A DNA stretch of 59,378 bases, filler included. It is 5 parts of 5 records of this genome, joined end to end, with 100 filler letters (N's around TTAATTAATTAA, not from the genome) between each part and the next. Parts side by side here need not be neighbours in the genome. Positions count along the whole stretch, not along the records: positions 51,812 to 59,378 come from DRR723986_9198; 4 more parts are not named here. One strand, 5' to 3'. Below are positions 57,342-59,378 of this stretch, piece by piece. The first letter of the stretch is position 1. Each line of letters begins with the position of its first letter. The translations under genes and the position numbers were made by a program. Under the pieces are notes generated by a model. It had not been told where the DNA came from and ran no database searches. It was given only the letters and a program-made list of their open reading frames with translations.

Positions 57342-58835
57342 TTACTTGTCGATCGGCAGCGCCACGAAGCGCGGGGTGCCATTGCGGCGGATCAGCAAAA
57401 GGATCGAGTTCTGCCCGGCTTCCTCGGCCGCGTCCACACGGGCCTGGAACCCTGCCACATCGGTGATCGGCTGTTGCCCGACCTCGGTGATTACGTCACC
57501 GGGTTCGAGCCCGCGTTCCGCGGCCTCGGAGTCAGGCTCGACCGCCTCGATCAGCAACCCGTCCTGCACGCCGTTGGCCTCTCGGGCCTCGTCGGTCAGG
57601 GGGGCCAGCGTCAGGCCAAGGACGTCGGACAAGGGCATGACCTCAGCACCGGGTTCATCCGGGAAGGCTTCGCTCTCGGCGGTTTCCCGACGGCCTAGCG
57701 TCACCAGCAGGGTCTGCGTCGCGCCATCGCGGTAAACCACCACACGCACGGTTTCGCCGACACCGGAGGCCCCGACAACACGAACCAGTTCGCGGGTGTC
57801 ATCGACCTCGACACCGTCAAAGGTGGTGATCACGTCGCCCACCTCCATTCCGGCCTCGCGTGCAGGTCCTTCGGGGACGTCGGTCACCAGCGCTCCGGTC
57901 ATCAGATCAAGGCCAAGTCCTTCTGCGATCTCGGCGGTCACGTCCTGAATGCGAACCCCGAGCCAGCCACGGCGGGTCTCGCCGAACTCTTGCAACTGGG
58001 TCACGACGCCCGCCACGACATTGGACGCCATCGAGAAGCCGATGCCGATCGAACCGCCATTGGGGCTGAGAATCGCGGTGTTCACGCCAACGACTTCACC
58101 TGCCATATTGAACAGCGGCCCGCCCGAGTTGCCCCGGTTGATCGCCGCATCGGTCTGGATGAAATCGTCATAGGTGCCGGAAAGCGCCCGTTCGCGGGCC
58201 GACACGATGCCAACGGAAACCGAGAATCCCTGGCCGAGCGGGTTGCCCACGGCCATGACCCAATCGCCCACGCGCATGACATCACTGTCGCCAAAGGGCA
58301 CGAAGGTCAGCGCGCTTTCAGGTTCGACCTTCAGGACCGCGATGTCGGTATTGGGATCGGTGCCGATGACGGTTGCGGGCAGTTCTCTGCCATCGCGGAA
58401 TTCCACCATGATCTCATCCGCGCCTTCGATCACATGATTGTTCGTGACGATGAAGCCGTCTTCGGAAATCACGAAGCCCGATCCAAGCGCATTGGGCCGG
58501 CGCGGCGCCGGGCCATTTGGCCCGCCGGGCTGCTGACGGTCGAGGAAGTCGTTGAAGAAATCCTCCAGCGGCGAGCCGGGGGGCACCTGTGGGCCGGGGC
58601 CGGTGCCGGACGCGACAAGGCTGGTGGTGGTGATGTTGACCACCGCGTCGCCGACCTCGTCCACCAGATCGGCAAAGCTGGACGGCCCCGCCACCTGGGC
58701 ACGGCCCGGCATCGCGGTCGAAGCTATGGCGGCCAGCGCCAGTGTGATGATCAATAGAAAAGTCGTCATTGGAAATGCCGATGGACGGCTGCGCGGCAAG
58801 GCGCGGGCGATGGCTCGGCGGTCTGTGGTTTGCAT
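57342..58835 (-). CDS. degP: Do/DegP-family periplasmic serine endopeptidase with two PDZ domains
   Basis: GSGFVIS, TNNHV, DIAVLK, QTDAAINRGNSGGPL, RRGWLGV; start 58835 or 58769. Confidence 0.93.
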   Translation of the reverse strand: MQTTDRRAIARALPRSRPSAFPMTTFLLIITLALAAIASTAMPGRAQVAGPSSFADLVDEVGDAVVNITTTSLVASGTGPGPQVPPGSPLEDFFNDFLDRQQPGGPNGPAPRRPNALGSGFVISEDGFIVTNNHVIEGADEIMVEFRDGRELPATVIGTDPNTDIAVLKVEPESALTFVPFGDSDVMRVGDWVMAVGNPLGQGFSVSVGIVSARERALSGTYDDFIQTDAAINRGNSGGPLFNMAGEVVGVNTAILSPNGGSIGIGFSMASNVVAGVVTQLQEFGETRRGWLGVRIQDVTAEIAEGLGLDLMTGALVTDVPEGPAREAGMEVGDVITTFDGVEVDDTRELVRVVGASGVGETVRVVVYRDGATQTLLVTLGRRETAESEAFPDEPGAEVMPLSDVLGLTLAPLTDEAREANGVQDGLLIEAVEPDSEAAERGLEPGDVITEVGQQPITDVAGFQARVDAAEEAGQNSILLLIRRNGTPRFVALPIDK

Positions 58836-59008
58836 GGTCACTCTCGATATCCTCCGGTCAAACCAGTTTAGGCTGTCCCTGCCCTCTGATGACAGAAGAT
58901 ATTTGCCTGAAGCGGGAGTCAATCAACCAATGCCCCGCCGTTTTCAGTCAAATGCGCGTGATTACGCGCAAATATGAACCGGAGTTGAGGCCGTGCAGGG
59001 TCATCTGA

Positions 59009-59030
59009 CTTCTTCTTGGCCCAAATACTC
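59009..59030 (+). repeat. Rhodobacteraceae intergenic repeat core
   Basis: Identical to 46406-46427. Confidence 0.75.
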
Positions 59031-59224
59031 GAAGGGAACTGCCCCTGCGACGGGCGCAACCTGCTTTCGGGGGGGCGCATCTGAGGATCAGATCGGGCGC
59101 GGCCCGCGCGGATCGGTGCCATGGTCACCGACACTTCCCGTCGAGCAGCAGATTCGCGCCCCGCAGGGGCGCGCCGGTCGATGCGCGCGAAGCGCGCAGC
59201 GAAATCACAAATAGGCGGCGTGGT

Positions 59225-59378
59225 TCAGCCGCCCACAACCTGGCTCAGAACCGCCAGCCCGGTGCCGATTACAAGCGCGCCGAACCCGGCGATGCGCAAG
59301 GTCTCTTCCGGCTCGTCCTGCATCCGGCGCATCAGGTCTTTCATGAAAGAAGGGGCCAGCGCATAGGCCAGCCCCTCG
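59225..59378 (-). CDS. DUF2065 (YjeT-like) small membrane protein, 3' part (cut by the window end)
   Basis: EGLAYALAPSFMKDLMRRMQDEPEETLRIAGFGALVIGTGLAVLSQVVGG*. Confidence 0.8.
   Translation of the reverse strand, partial: EGLAYALAPSFMKDLMRRMQDEPEETLRIAGFGALVIGTGLAVLSQVVGG

Overview
This window is not one genomic locus. It is five unrelated contigs joined by artificial 100-nt spacers (N-runs around TTAATTAATTAA) at 17362-17461, 39790-39889, 46433-46532 and 51712-51811, so adjacency across spacers means nothing. Contig 1 (1-17361) looks like an FCB-group bacterium (T9SS cargo, DUF2795, Bacteroidota-type promoters). It carries a T9SS beta-helix protein, guaA, an Omp85-family protein, DUF2795, comM/yifB, a dicarboxylate symporter, tRNA-Val/tRNA-Leu, ade and an AddA-like helicase-nuclease. 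Contig 2 (17462-39789) looks planctomycete. It carries a PDZ-containing Asp-box propeller, a di-heme peroxidase, two ferredoxins, a double hydrolase, an ECF-sigma/Ser-Thr-kinase cluster including an ECF-kinase fusion, an SDR, a GT4 and tRNA-Ser. Contigs 3-5 look Rhodobacteraceae: LacI/LysR/DUF1127/BI-1/rpmG/chrA; amn/topoisomerase IB/aldolase/SLT/ExoD; and ferredoxin/OB-fold/TetR-CoA ligase-crotonase/MAPEG/degP. The best leads are: (i) a stand-alone DnaE2-type OB-fold gene with an alphaproteobacterial LexA box directly on its promoter; (ii) a co-oriented ECF-kinase fusion, ECF, membrane kinase and surface protein cluster with a candidate ECF promoter; (iii) a dispersed attC-like repeat in contig 1; (iv) unannotated small proteins, a probable premature amber codon and a SnoaL-like pseudogene. 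All family assignments come from motif recognition by eye; no database search was run.
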